Part shown: piece after piece, positions 37,610 through 48,474 of the stretch | How the letters are laid out: each line of letters starts with the position of its first letter | How positions within the stretch are numbered: the first letter of the stretch is position 1 | NCBI RefSeq assembly: GCF_000281045.1 | Contig: NW_008246135.1 | Span: forward strand, 100,676-160,679 | DNA length: 60,004 nucleotides | Source: Saprolegnia diclina VS20 | Lineage: Eukaryota | Reading direction: 5' to 3' | Notes under the pieces: model-generated | The model's database searches: none | What the model saw: only the letters and a program-made list of their open reading frames with translations | Told to the model about the DNA's origin: nothing | Translations under genes and position numbers: made by a program

Positions 37610-38643
37610 ATGCTGCAGTACTTGATGTACGCCGTGTTCTACTCGGTCTGGGTCGGGTCACTTCTCTGCTTTTACCTCGCGCTCGCGGCCATCGTGGTCA
37701 CGGACCTCCGCTTCTACCTCATCCCGTTCTTCGCCATCTACTACAGCTACCGCTACTTCATCTCGCCGCTGGCGCCGTGGCCGGCCGCCCAAGCATTTGC
37801 GTACAAGATGTTCAAGACGCACCAGTATTTTACCGAGCAAAAGGTCGTCTTCGAGGACAACATGGGCGCACCGGCTGCCGACTCGAAGGCGCTACTTGCC
37901 TACCACCCCCACGGCGTTCTTAGCTGCGGCTGGTACGATTCTTTCTCTTTAAATTTGCGGAAAGACTCATATCTTATTGCATAGGACGACCAACGGCATT
38001 GGCTGCGAGACGTTTGCGCCGTCCAAGATCCAATGGCTTGTCTCGGACGTGCTCTTCAACCTTCCGGTGATGGGCGACATGATCTCGTGGGCGGGATGCG
38101 GCCCCGCCGGCAAGGAAAACTTTTCCAAGCTCTGCGGCCAGGGCAGCAACATTGCGCTCATTCCCGGAGGCTACGAAGAGGCGACGACGTACAACTACGG
38201 CAAGCACCAAGTCTACTTGAAGAACCGCAAGGGTTTTATCAAGCTCGCGCTCAAGCACGGCTACAAGGTGCGCCCGGGCCTTTTTTTTAGTTTGGGTTTT
38301 GGTGGATTGAAAGTCATTTTAGGTCTACCCCGTGTACACGTTTGGTGAAGAACTCACGTACACGACGGTCAACCAACTGCTCAAGTTCCGTCTCTGGCTC
38401 AACTCGTGGAAGATTCCTGGCGTCGTCTTCCGCGGCAAGTGGTGGTGCTCGGTCCTCCCGCATGACGAGAACGCGCTCGTGACCGTCGTCGGCAAGCCCC
38501 TCGAGCTGCCGCTCATCGAACACCCGACGTGGGAGCAGGTCGAGAAGCACCACGCCGAGTATATGACCAAGCTCCAAGAGCTCTTTGACAAGCACAAGGG
38601 CGAGTACGCCAAGGACCCCAAGGCCACTTTGCACTTTTTGTAA
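37610..38643 (+). CDS. DGAT2: DGAT2/MGAT-family acyltransferase B (3 exons)
   Basis: YHPHG, IPGGYEEA, RKGFIKLAL, PVYTFGE; same intron positions as A. Confidence 0.9.
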
Positions 38644-39498
38644 TTACTTGTCGAAATGCAAACACTGTATGTGAGATCATCCACTGGTTCAACATCGAAA
38701 GTCCCCCTTGTCGTGCTGGAAGAAGGGACGTGCATCGCACGCACGTTCGCCGCGCTTTCGAGGTGCGTGACCAATGGACCGACGCTGGTCGTGGGCTCGT
38801 GTCGCTCCCACGTGGCCATAAGTAGCGCCAAATTTGACTACATTTCCTGGTTCAAGGGCAAAAAGGGGCGCGTCGGCCCGTGGGAGGTGCATCGTCACAT
38901 GCGCAGGCAAGGACGCGGTGGCCATCTCTCTGTCGACGCGGCCTCGGCTTGCGTCACGGTTGACGGAAACACCCACGGACGAATTTGGCGATCTTTCGGT
39001 ATGTATCATATCTGTCTCATTTGAGACGGAAACAACCGAGTGCTCATCATAGCCGATGTTTGAAGCAGGGGCATGCTCGGCTTGTAGGTGCAGCAAAATA
39101 TGCGCGCGGATCGACTCGTGAGTGACTAAGATATCCAGCACTTCGCACCGTCATAGCAAACTATGGAGCCCATTCCAGCCACTCCAGCGGTGTACCTGAT
39201 GTGATTTGTTGAGTGCGGGGTGCAGCCACCGAGAGCACGCCTCAAACAGCTAATAGCCCTTGCGCTGGGTCATATGATGCACAGACTAAGCTTAGCGCAT
39301 GGCGATGTGTACTACAAGACGACATGCTCCTCGTTCTCTCCGCAAATCGCCGCGGTGTCCAGCTCTGTCCCAACAATAAGACACTTGAGAGAAATCGGGC
39401 TCGTGCAAGCGAAGTTCGAAGCGCATTTCCACGCCGTGCTGATGTTTCGTGATCATCCGGGCGCCCGCAGACGAGCAACCGGTTGCCCACTCTGCAAG

Positions 39499-40538
39499 AT
39501 GCTGTCTACCGCGCGCAACTTACTACTGAGCTACAGCCTCGTCTTTGGCTTTTACACGCTGTGGATGGTGTCCATGGCGCTGGCCGTCGCGTCCGTGCCC
39601 ATCATGCTCTTCTCATCGAGCTACCGCTACTACGCCCTCGCCTTCCACGCGTGCTATTTCTCGTACCGGTACCTCTTCCCGCTCGCCGCGTGGCCGTCGC
39701 TCTCGACGGCACTTGTCGATATCTACCAGCGCCATCCGTACTACGCCAAGCAAGACGTCGTGTTTGACGAGGGCGCAAGCCCGGCGAAAGACCACTCAAA
39801 AACGCTCATGGCCTACCATCCGCATGGCATCCTCTGCTGTGGCTGGTGCGCGCCGCCGCCTGCTTCTTGTCTGAGGATCGTTGCTGTCTAGGCTTGTCAA
39901 TGGCGGCGCCAACCCGGTGTTCCGCCACTCGAACTTTTCATGGCTCGTCACCGACTTGCTCTTCCTCGTGCCGGGGATGTCGAACCTCTTGGCGTGGTTC
40001 CAGGGCGGTCCCGCGGGCCGCGCCAACTTTGAGCGCCTCGCCAAAGCCGGCGACAACATTGCCATAATTCCTGGCGGCTTTGAAGAGGCGACGATCTTTG
40101 CCCGCGGCCACCACCGCGTCTTTCTCAAGAACCGCAAAGGCTTTCTCAAACTCGCGCTGCAATATGGCTACAAGGTATGACGTGGGCCCAAATTTGAGAT
40201 TCGAATTGAGATTGTAGGTGCATCCCGTGTATACGTTTGGCGAAGAAGAGACGTTTGCGTCGTGCCCGTACTTTCTCAAAGCGCGAGTTTGGCTCAACAA
40301 GTACAAGGTGCCCGGCGTCATCTTTCGCGGCCTCTGGTTTTGCTTCTACATGCCATTCCGAAGTGCGCGCCTCACGACGGTCGTGGGCGCCCCGCTGCAG
40401 TTGCCGACGCTCGATCACCCGACAGTCGACGACGTGACCAAGTACCACAACGCGTACATGGCGGCGCTTCAAGCGCTCTTTGACAAGTACAAGGGGCAGT
40501 ACGCCACCGACCCGAACGCGGTCCTCGAGCTGTTTTAA
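39499..40538 (+). CDS. DGAT2: DGAT2/MGAT-family acyltransferase C (3 exons)
   Basis: YHPHG, IPGGFEEA, RKGFLKLAL, PVYTFGE; same intron positions as A and B. Confidence 0.9.
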
Positions 40539-40627
40539 CTATCAACTTGATACATTGCATTTTTCCTACAGTAGTACACGTGGCAACAAGAACAAGACAG
40601 TGTTGTCGGCGAGAGGGAGAGTATGTC

Positions 40628-41937
40628 TTAGGCAAAGTGACCGCGTTTGCGACCCAGATCAATGCCGCGCGAGTTGCGTGGGCTGTAGAGCGCGACAGCA
40701 CTCTGCAGCTGCTCGACGCGCGTCCTACAAAACCCCATCGTCGGGTGCAGATGATGCAAAGACGACGTACGTTTGGGCTGCGAGCTCGCGCTTGAGGTCG
40801 CGGACGACGCCTTGCACTCGCCGCGCCTCAACCTAAAGCATCGTTCAGTCGCGTTATCGTCGACGCACGGACCTTGCGCAAGACAGGCACTTCATCTAAC
40901 TCTTGCTGCAGGCGCTGCATTTCCTTCATGACCGACGTCAGTGTGTCTTGAGCGACCCGGGTCTGCCGCCGCGCCTCGTCGAGTTCGTCGCGCAGAGCAT
41001 GCGCCGCGGGACTGCCCACGACGCCGTGAACGTGGACGTGGCCGCTGCTGTCCATCTCATTCGCTTCATCCTACTTGGTGCATTCGAAACGCCACTGGGC
41101 AAAGGTAGCTACCTCGAGTCGCTGAAGCCGCTCCCGAAGGCCCCGGTTCTCCTTGCGTAGTGCTACGAGGTCCAGATTGACCTTGTCGAGCGACACTTCG
41201 GCGAGCTTCCAGTACTGCGCTCGTTCCATGGCGAGGTTCTACGTGCTTAGTTCACGCGGGCGTCGCAGATCGGTTGTCAACCTTGTACTCGAGCAGCTCC
41301 TGCGCCAGCGTGCGCGTGGTATGGCCCGAAAGACTCGGCTTGTGCGGATCCATGGGCGGTTTTTGGGCGCGAAGACGCTGTTCCTTGAGTGCTTCCTGCG
41401 AGTTGAAGCGCTCCGACTGGAGCTCAAACTTGAGCTGGATCACTTGCTCTTCCCAGATCCGACACTCGGCGCGCATGGCCGAAAGCTCCTCTTCCTTGGC
41501 GCCGAGCTTGCGCAAGAGCGACTAGACGTGGTTGCTGGTGCGAACAATGGGCGAGTGCGTCGTCGTCGTACCTGCAGGTCGTGGCCAGCCAAACCGTCGT
41601 CCTTGGCGGGCTACAAAAGAGGGACTACATCGCATCCAGTGCTGGGAGGCAGCGTGCTGCGTACGGCAGGAAGCGGCTGGACGTGGCTGAGCGCGTCTTT
41701 GAGCGCTTTCACTTGCTCCTTGAGCGCGAGGTTGTTCTCGACCACCTCTTGGATCGCCTCGGGCGTCGCCTGCGCCGCCCGCGCGAGGCTGAGCTCGTAC
41801 TCCTTCTTGGCCATCTCTCGCTGGAGGACGTCGACCTGCGCGGCGAGCCGCTGGTTCTTCTCCTGGAGCTCGAAGCGCGCGTTGCCTTCCTTGAGGAGCT
41901 GCGTCTGCAGCGCCTGGAACTCGCGGACGTTGATCAT
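40628..41937 (-). CDS. Multi-exon coiled-coil protein of unknown function
   Basis: Heptad-rich exons (MINVREFQALQTQLLKE..., ELDEARRQ..., VRDLKRELAA) separated by GT-AG introns; faint resemblance to GRIPAP1 segments, unverified. Confidence 0.6.
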
Positions 41938-42154
41938 CTTGGTGTGTTGGCGTTTGTGACAGCGCCACCTCACTCGCAGCTGTTCGTGTCTTGTTTTGAG
42001 GGACGTGTGCCTGTTTAAACACTGCTTTATCCGGATACAAAGCACGTCAAAGGCTTGCACCGGGTCCTTTCTTTGTTTTCAAGCCTTGCAGCGTTGCAAG
42101 TGCGGAATGATCGACCAATCATGACGCGTGCATTCGTAGATTCTTAGTGGCGCG

Positions 42155-43399
42155 ATGGCCATGGCAATGTGGGCCAACGGCAGCGTGCTCGAGCTCCACC
42201 ACGTCGCAACGGACGCGACCGCGACCTTTCTCATCGAGCGCGAGAAGAGCCTTCTGACCTTCTGCCGACTGGACGCGCCGTACGAGAAGCTCAAGGTGGC
42301 GCAGACCGGCGACACGTCGTGGGGCGCCGGCGGCGGCAAGTTTGCGTCCTTCGTGCCCATCGCCACCGACGACGCGCTCTTCACGTTCCAGCTGGGCGCC
42401 AATCAAAAGAAGGCCAATGCAGCCGGCGGCGAAGGCTGGTACCTTGGCGTCGCGACTGGTGCCAGTGGCGTCGCGCTTGGCCATGGCCTCGTGCTCGTCG
42501 GGCACGCCGCGCCGCAGGTGTTTGCCGTCACGCTGCACGCACGCAAAGCGACCTTGCAACTCGATGCGTCGTGCGTGACGTCGTCGCTGCCGCAGCTCTC
42601 GCCGTCGCAGATCAACGCGTTTATGCGCGAGGGGTACCTCGTGCTGCCGTCGGCGGTGCCGCTCTCGCTCGTGCACCAGGCGCTGCGGCAGATCAACCAT
42701 GAGCTCGGAAAGCCGGGCATGATGATCGAGGGCGGGGTCGAAGGCGCTGCCAAGCTCGCTGGCAACACGTCCAACTCGGTTGCGATCCGGGATCTCTTCT
42801 TTGGAAGCGCGGTCGCTGGGTACGTGGCAAGCCTCGTGGGCGCGATTGCGCCGCCGCAGGGCGCGCAGATCGCGCTGCGCTTCCCCGAGCTCGGGCCGGC
42901 GTACGAGCCAAAGGGCAACGAGTGGCACACGGATGGCATGCGCCAAGGTCACCGCCGACGAAAGCCTCTGAAACTCAACACCTCGACTGTAGGCAAGTGG
43001 AACCCATTTTCACTGCTGGTGGGCATCGCGCTCTCGGACGTCCAGCAACCGCAGAGCGGCAACCTCATCGTCTTTCCAAGGTCGCACCACACGCTGCACG
43101 GCATGCTGCAGGAAGGCGGCGTGCTCGCGGGGTGCGCCACGACGTGCACGTCGGTGGACACGGTGTGGGGCGACGGCCACCTCCCGGACCTCGGCACGCC
43201 CATCCCGCTTCTCTGTACGAAGGGCGACGTGGTGCTGTGCCACCCCAAGATGGCGCACCGGGGCGGCCCCAACTTGTCTCACGACATTCGCTACCAAGTG
43301 TACTTTCGCATCAAGCATGCACTGCACGAGGAGCGTATGGAGCGCGCCAAGACGGACCTCTTTGCCGACCTCGACGGCTGCGACGTGTCAACAGGATGA
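42155..43399 (+). CDS. PhyH-like Fe(II)/2-oxoglutarate dioxygenase with extra N-terminal domain
   Basis: QINAFMREGYLVL, WHTDG (HxD), GNLIVFPRSH, GDVVLCH..AHRGGPN..R; probable in-frame intron near 42948-42992. Confidence 0.85.
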   Translation: MAMAMWANGSVLELHHVATDATATFLIEREKSLLTFCRLDAPYEKLKVAQTGDTSWGAGGGKFASFVPIATDDALFTFQLGANQKKANAAGGEGWYLGVATGASGVALGHGLVLVGHAAPQVFAVTLHARKATLQLDASCVTSSLPQLSPSQINAFMREGYLVLPSAVPLSLVHQALRQINHELGKPGMMIEGGVEGAAKLAGNTSNSVAIRDLFFGSAVAGYVASLVGAIAPPQGAQIALRFPELGPAYEPKGNEWHTDGMRQGHRRRKPLKLNTSTVGKWNPFSLLVGIALSDVQQPQSGNLIVFPRSHHTLHGMLQEGGVLAGCATTCTSVDTVWGDGHLPDLGTPIPLLCTKGDVVLCHPKMAHRGGPNLSHDIRYQVYFRIKHALHEERMERAKTDLFADLDGCDVSTG

Positions 43400-43416
43400 T
43401 GCGAATACAACTAAGA

Positions 43417-45002
43417 TTACATCAGGCCTTGCAGCGGCGGGAGGTGGTCTTCGTGGCCGACCGAGTTGGACGGTCCTGGTCGCGAGAGCGGGGGCAGCAC
43501 CAACGGGGCGCTCGACGCGTTCAGGATGTCCTGAAAGTTCATGCGCGAACGCCGAAACGCACCAATGTCGAGCGTGTGCGACCGGCCTTCGCGGGGCACC
43601 CCCATGGACGGGAACGACGGGGTCGGGGCCGAGTGCGGCGGCGGCACGAGCGCTGGGAGGCCCGCCACCGACGGCAAGCTCGGGTTGACGGTGAACGTGC
43701 GGCGCGGCGCGGCGACCGGCGCTTCGCCCGCCTGCTTGCCGTTATAGATGATACTGCGGATGCTCTCGTTCGAGTAGAGCTGGAGTCGTTCTTTCGACCG
43801 GTTGGCCATCGTCGGCTTCCAGAGACGCTTGCGGTTGTTGGCGAACCAGTTGTTGAGCTGGCACATATCGAGGCCGGTCTCGTCACAGAGCGCCTTCTTC
43901 TCCACGTCGGTCGGGTACGGGTGCTCAAGATGCTCGGGCGACATCATCCAGTCCTTGAGGATCTAGCTTTCTATGAGCAATGCAGCCTCTAAGCAAGCTC
44001 ACGTACGCGAATGACGTGCGGCGGCAGAAGCGAGCTTCGCCGAGCGCGCTTCTCCTTGCCGTTGCTGTCGTCGTCCTTGGCATCGAGCTCGCGCTTGAGC
44101 GGCGGCGACGGCTTGTGCGTCGACGCATCGCTCGCACTGCGCTCGTTGCGCGGCGGCAGGCGCAGAAACGACGATGGAATCGGGTGGTGCGGGGCCGCAT
44201 ACGGGTGGTGCACGCGGTGGTGCTGTGGATGTTGGTGGTGGTGGAGCCGGTCGACGACCGACTCGGATACGGAGCGGTGCGATCGCGGCTCGAAGAACGC
44301 GCCCGACGGCGGAGGAAAGGCCACGGGTGGGTACTCGTGTGACCGCGCCGGGTACTCGGGCACTCGACGCTCCTACAAGAATCGGCTTTAGATTTGCAGG
44401 AAGCGGATCGTGAATACCAAAAGATGGTGGAACGACCGGGGGTCCGTCGGCGGCGGGTATCCCTGGTAAGGGTCGTTCGGGTGGCTGAACGGGTGGTCGG
44501 GCGCGTGGCCGCCGTGGTGCGCCATGCGGAGCGGCGCGTGCCCGTCTCGCATGTCGTCGGTCGGGCGGTCGTGGGCGAACGGCGGGGGCGGGATCCGCGG
44601 GCCGCCTTCGCGCAGCTGCACATCGCGCGCAAAGGACGACTGGAGCTGGCGCGAGTGCTCGCGGCGCATCATGGGCTTCCATATGCGCTTGCGTGCGTTC
44701 GTGAACCAGTTGGTGAGCTGCTTCATGTTGATACCCGTCTTCTCGAGTAGCATCTTCTTGTCTTCGTCCGTCGGGTACGGGTGCTTGACGTGCTCGGGCG
44801 AGAGCATCCACGTCTTGAGGATGGCGACGGTCGCCGGCGGGAGCTCGCGCCGAGGCTTGCGCACGTCGCCCGGCGCCGTGTTCTCATCGTGGTCCTTCTC
44901 ATCGCTCGAGCCGCCATCGTCGTCGTCGTGGCCGACCTCGTCCTTGACCCGCGGCGATGCGGCCGCCTGCTTCTGCTCCTCAACCAGCATCGTCGTCGTC
45001 AT
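43417..45002 (-). CDS. Transcription factor with two TALE-class homeodomains
   Basis: HD1 LKTWMLSPEHVKHPYPT..LTNWFTNARKR; HD2 LKDWMMSPEHLEHPYPT..LNNWFANNRKR; two short introns. Confidence 0.9.
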
Positions 45003-46711
45003 GGCCGATCAGGATGGATGAGTGACAGGATGGATTCGCTTGTTGGGACATTGGGACCCCTGGGACAGACTACTCTCTACCTCCTCCGTAGCTCTTGGCC
45101 ATGACGACCAATCACAGCTGCTCAACGTCATTATTTTGACCAATCGCGTGCGGTAGCAGCCCTCGCCTCTGACACACCTCTGACAAGTGATATGCAACCC
45201 CCCACAACGTATTTTCTATCCGGATAATCCTCCCGCCGACGCGTCGACTAGAACGGATGCCGTCGACTAAACCCAGCACGACCCACTGCCTTGAAATAAT
45301 AAAGTAGAAGAATTTATGGTGCCCGGTACTATTCGGTGCTTGCTTCTTGTGTGTGGGCCTACTCGTGGGCTTGGGCGATAGAGACATTACCGTACCTTGC
45401 TGTAGTAGCCAAGAGCGTCGTATCGCTACGATCTTGACCGGATTGATGCGAATGAATGGACGCGCTCAATGCTGATCTCCGAACTGGGATGTCTAAACTG
45501 GGTTTTATTGTGTGGCGCTGCGTCATTCGCTTTCCCACATTCCTACTGAGTACAGGCGGATTGTAGTCAATCGTCAACGGGTGTCTGAAATTACGGTACG
45601 AAGGTGCTCTGCCATGATGAGCCCGCACATGAGATCCAAAGCTTGCACCGGATGCGCGCAGATAAATTGATAGGTGTGGTAGCAGTAGTTGCGTTGGGGG
45701 CACGACATGCCAATGCTCCATGATGGCTCACGCGACGTTTTAGTATAAGTTCTCAAACCACCGTTTAGTCAAAGTTTAGTGGACACTGCGCCGGATACTC
45801 GAGCCGGACTGGAAACCATCAGTTGGTCATCCGGATAATGCGACCAGGAGGTCCCCCTGTTGAACTTCAACGGCTCTCGATGGCTTGAAACCTCGGGCAA
45901 GTATCGCCGTCCATGACACACCCGCTCTCTCCCCCCACAGCGTGGTGTCTATGACATTGCCCGATTCCTCTCGCTCAAAGTACAATCTTGAAAGTGACCG
46001 AGGCGAGTGTGTCACTGCTCCATCAACACGAGCACGACGCGGCGGCGAGTGCAACGGCGGGCGCCCTTTTTCAGGCGCACCCGTGGGGGCAGACCAGGTC
46101 TGCCATCACGCACATTTGACCCAATGCGAGGTACTGACCATCCGGATACGACCCGAGTTGGCGCTTTGGATTCGCGCACGACCGTGATATGGCGCCAACC
46201 AGGAGGTCCTTCACCATGTCGTCGTGCGACGCTCCTTGCGTCATCGTGTCGCAGGAGACATCCGGATAAATGTACTTGGTCCAACAAGGGCGATGTCGCA
46301 TTCGGTCAGCGCGCGACAAAAAGGCAAGGGGCGCACGCAAATCACTTTGTGTACCTTCTTCGCACACTACAATCTACCCACCTTGTTAGAGCTCCTTGTC
46401 AGGCTCCCCACACCCAGTGCCCCACACCATCTATCCAGTGCACGCGCCGGCGCCATTTCGTTGGGTGTTTTCAGAATGTATCAGCACTGCACGGGGTTTT
46501 CCCGCAACGTTTTGGTCAACAAAAGATGAAAAGCAGGGGTTACCCTGCTCCGCTGCGAGGGCCGCAAAATACATGGAGGATTCGCTGGTGTGGTGCTTCT
46601 GTCACACACGACCAGTAGACACGTGCGGGGCACAGTGCCCCTCCCACTCAAGTCGACATGGCCGTGATGACTCGATGATGTCGGCTTCCTCGCTTTTTCG
46701 GTTCCTCTTTG

Positions 46712-46793
46712 GATTGGCTGGCTGATTTCGACCAATCAGAACTAGTACAAGTGCCAACACGCAAGGCCATTGGTGCGTTTGGTAGAGCCAATC
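46712..46793. promoter_or_regulatory. Cluster of four CCAAT boxes in both orientations upstream of the pseudouridine synthase
   Basis: GATTGG 46712, ACCAATC 46731, CATTGG 46768, GCCAATC 46787; ATG at 46813. Confidence 0.55.
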
Positions 46794-46812
46794 AAACGCA
46801 GTCTGGGAATCG

Positions 46813-48474
46813 ATGCGCACGCCTGCCAAGCGCCAGAAGGTCGAGGCCGAGCCGGCCGTCGTCGCCGAATACGAGATCCGCGATGGTGACCACGACACGT
46901 GCTATCGGCCTAGCTTATGAAGATGCGTCTAGGCTACCGCTACGTCAAGCCCTACGTCTTCAAGTTCATGGCGCACGCCAAGCAGCGCTGGTTCAATCGG
47001 ACGCTCATGGACGTCTTCACGACCGAGTTTGGCGCCTTCTCGCCCGACTACTACGTACACAACCCTCTTCCGTTATCGCCACGCATACAATCTCTAACGA
47101 TACTTAGGTCATGGCCATTGAATCCGGTCGGATCACGCTGAATGGTGCGCGCACGACGCCCGAGACGGTCCTCAAGAACGGCGACCTCATCTGTCACATG
47201 GTCCGTTGCCATCCAAGCGACCGATATACTCTACTACTGCGAACACTTTTGTACCATTTCAATAGACGCACCGCCACGAACCACCCGTCGTTGGCGACGA
47301 TATTCCAGTCGTCTACGAGACCCCCGACCTCGTACGCATGTCAGCGCTCCATCAACATCAACTTAGCGTGTTGTAGGTGGTCGTTTCCAAGCCATCGACC
47401 GTGCCGACGCACCCCTGCGGCGCCTACCGCCACAATTCGCTGGTACTCGGCTCGTCGCACCGACACTTTGGCCAACGTTGGTAGCATTTCATTGTCCTGG
47501 CGAGCCGCCCCGACTTGACGGCACTGCACATTGTGCACCGCTTGGATCGCTTGACGTCCGGTAAGCAAGCAAACACGGTTGCAGTACGGCAGCAAAGCCT
47601 CGTACGACGCGTAGGTGTCGTGGTTTTAGCCAAGACGACGGCCAAGGCCCGTGAACTCTCCAAATGCATTGGTACACCCTGTCGCGACGATGGCAACCGA
47701 TCGACATTTGCGTAGCGGACCGCACGGCGTCGAAAGCATACTTGGCGCGCGTTCGGGGCGAGTACCCCGAGACTCTCACGCCCGAGTGGCTCGCGTCCGC
47801 ATCGGCGACAGCGGCGGCGACGACACCGCTCGCTGTGCTGTCGATGGAGTCGCCGACGCAGCTCCGTATCCAGTGCCCGCTCGCTTGCAAGTCGCACAAG
47901 GACGGCGTCTGGGGCTGCGCGGTGCCCGGTGAAGACGCCAAGGAGGCCGAGACCGTTGTTGAGTTTCGCTGTGCTATGGACGACGGCACGAGCGTCGTCT
48001 ACGTCAAGGTGCGTCGCGGCATCCCCGACTTGACGACACTCTTTTCCTAGCCGGTGACGGGCCGCACGCACCAAATTCGACTCCACCTGCAGCTCCTTGG
48101 TTTGCCGATCGCCAACGACCCGTGCTACGGCGGCCAACTGCATTTTGGCCGGCACGATCTTCTCGCGACCGAAGACAATAGTGTCATCAAGGACAAGGAC
48201 GACGACACCGCGTACTTTACACCGCGTCTGGACGGCGAGTCGGACGATGCGTTTATGCAGCGAACGTGCACGCGGTGCCAGACCGTGCAAGTCAACCGCA
48301 ACCACTTGCATTGCTCGTGCATTTGGCTCCACGCGCTCGAGTACAAGGTACACCATTGTGGTTGAACCGGCGAGATATTCACTGCCACCATTGGCTTAGC
48401 TCGCGGGCGATACGTTTGCCGTGCCGCCGCCCGCGTGGGCCACGCCAAAGAGCTCGTCCAGCAGCGCCTTGTAG
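46813..48474 (+). CDS. RPUSD2: RluA-family pseudouridine synthase (RPUSD2/Rib2-like, multi-exon)
   Basis: RYVKPY..AKQRW, HRHEPPV, KPSTVPTHPCGAY, catalytic HRLDRLTSG, TGRTHQIRLHL..PIAND, IWLHA, last exon FAVPPPAWA (48400-48474). Confidence 0.92.

Noticed and set aside
38280..38290. T-run as an intrinsic terminator
   Set aside because: Inside a DGAT B intron of a eukaryotic gene.
36363..39498. Short ORFs in the spacers between DGAT2 copies
   Set aside because: No recognisable homology or consistent splice structure.
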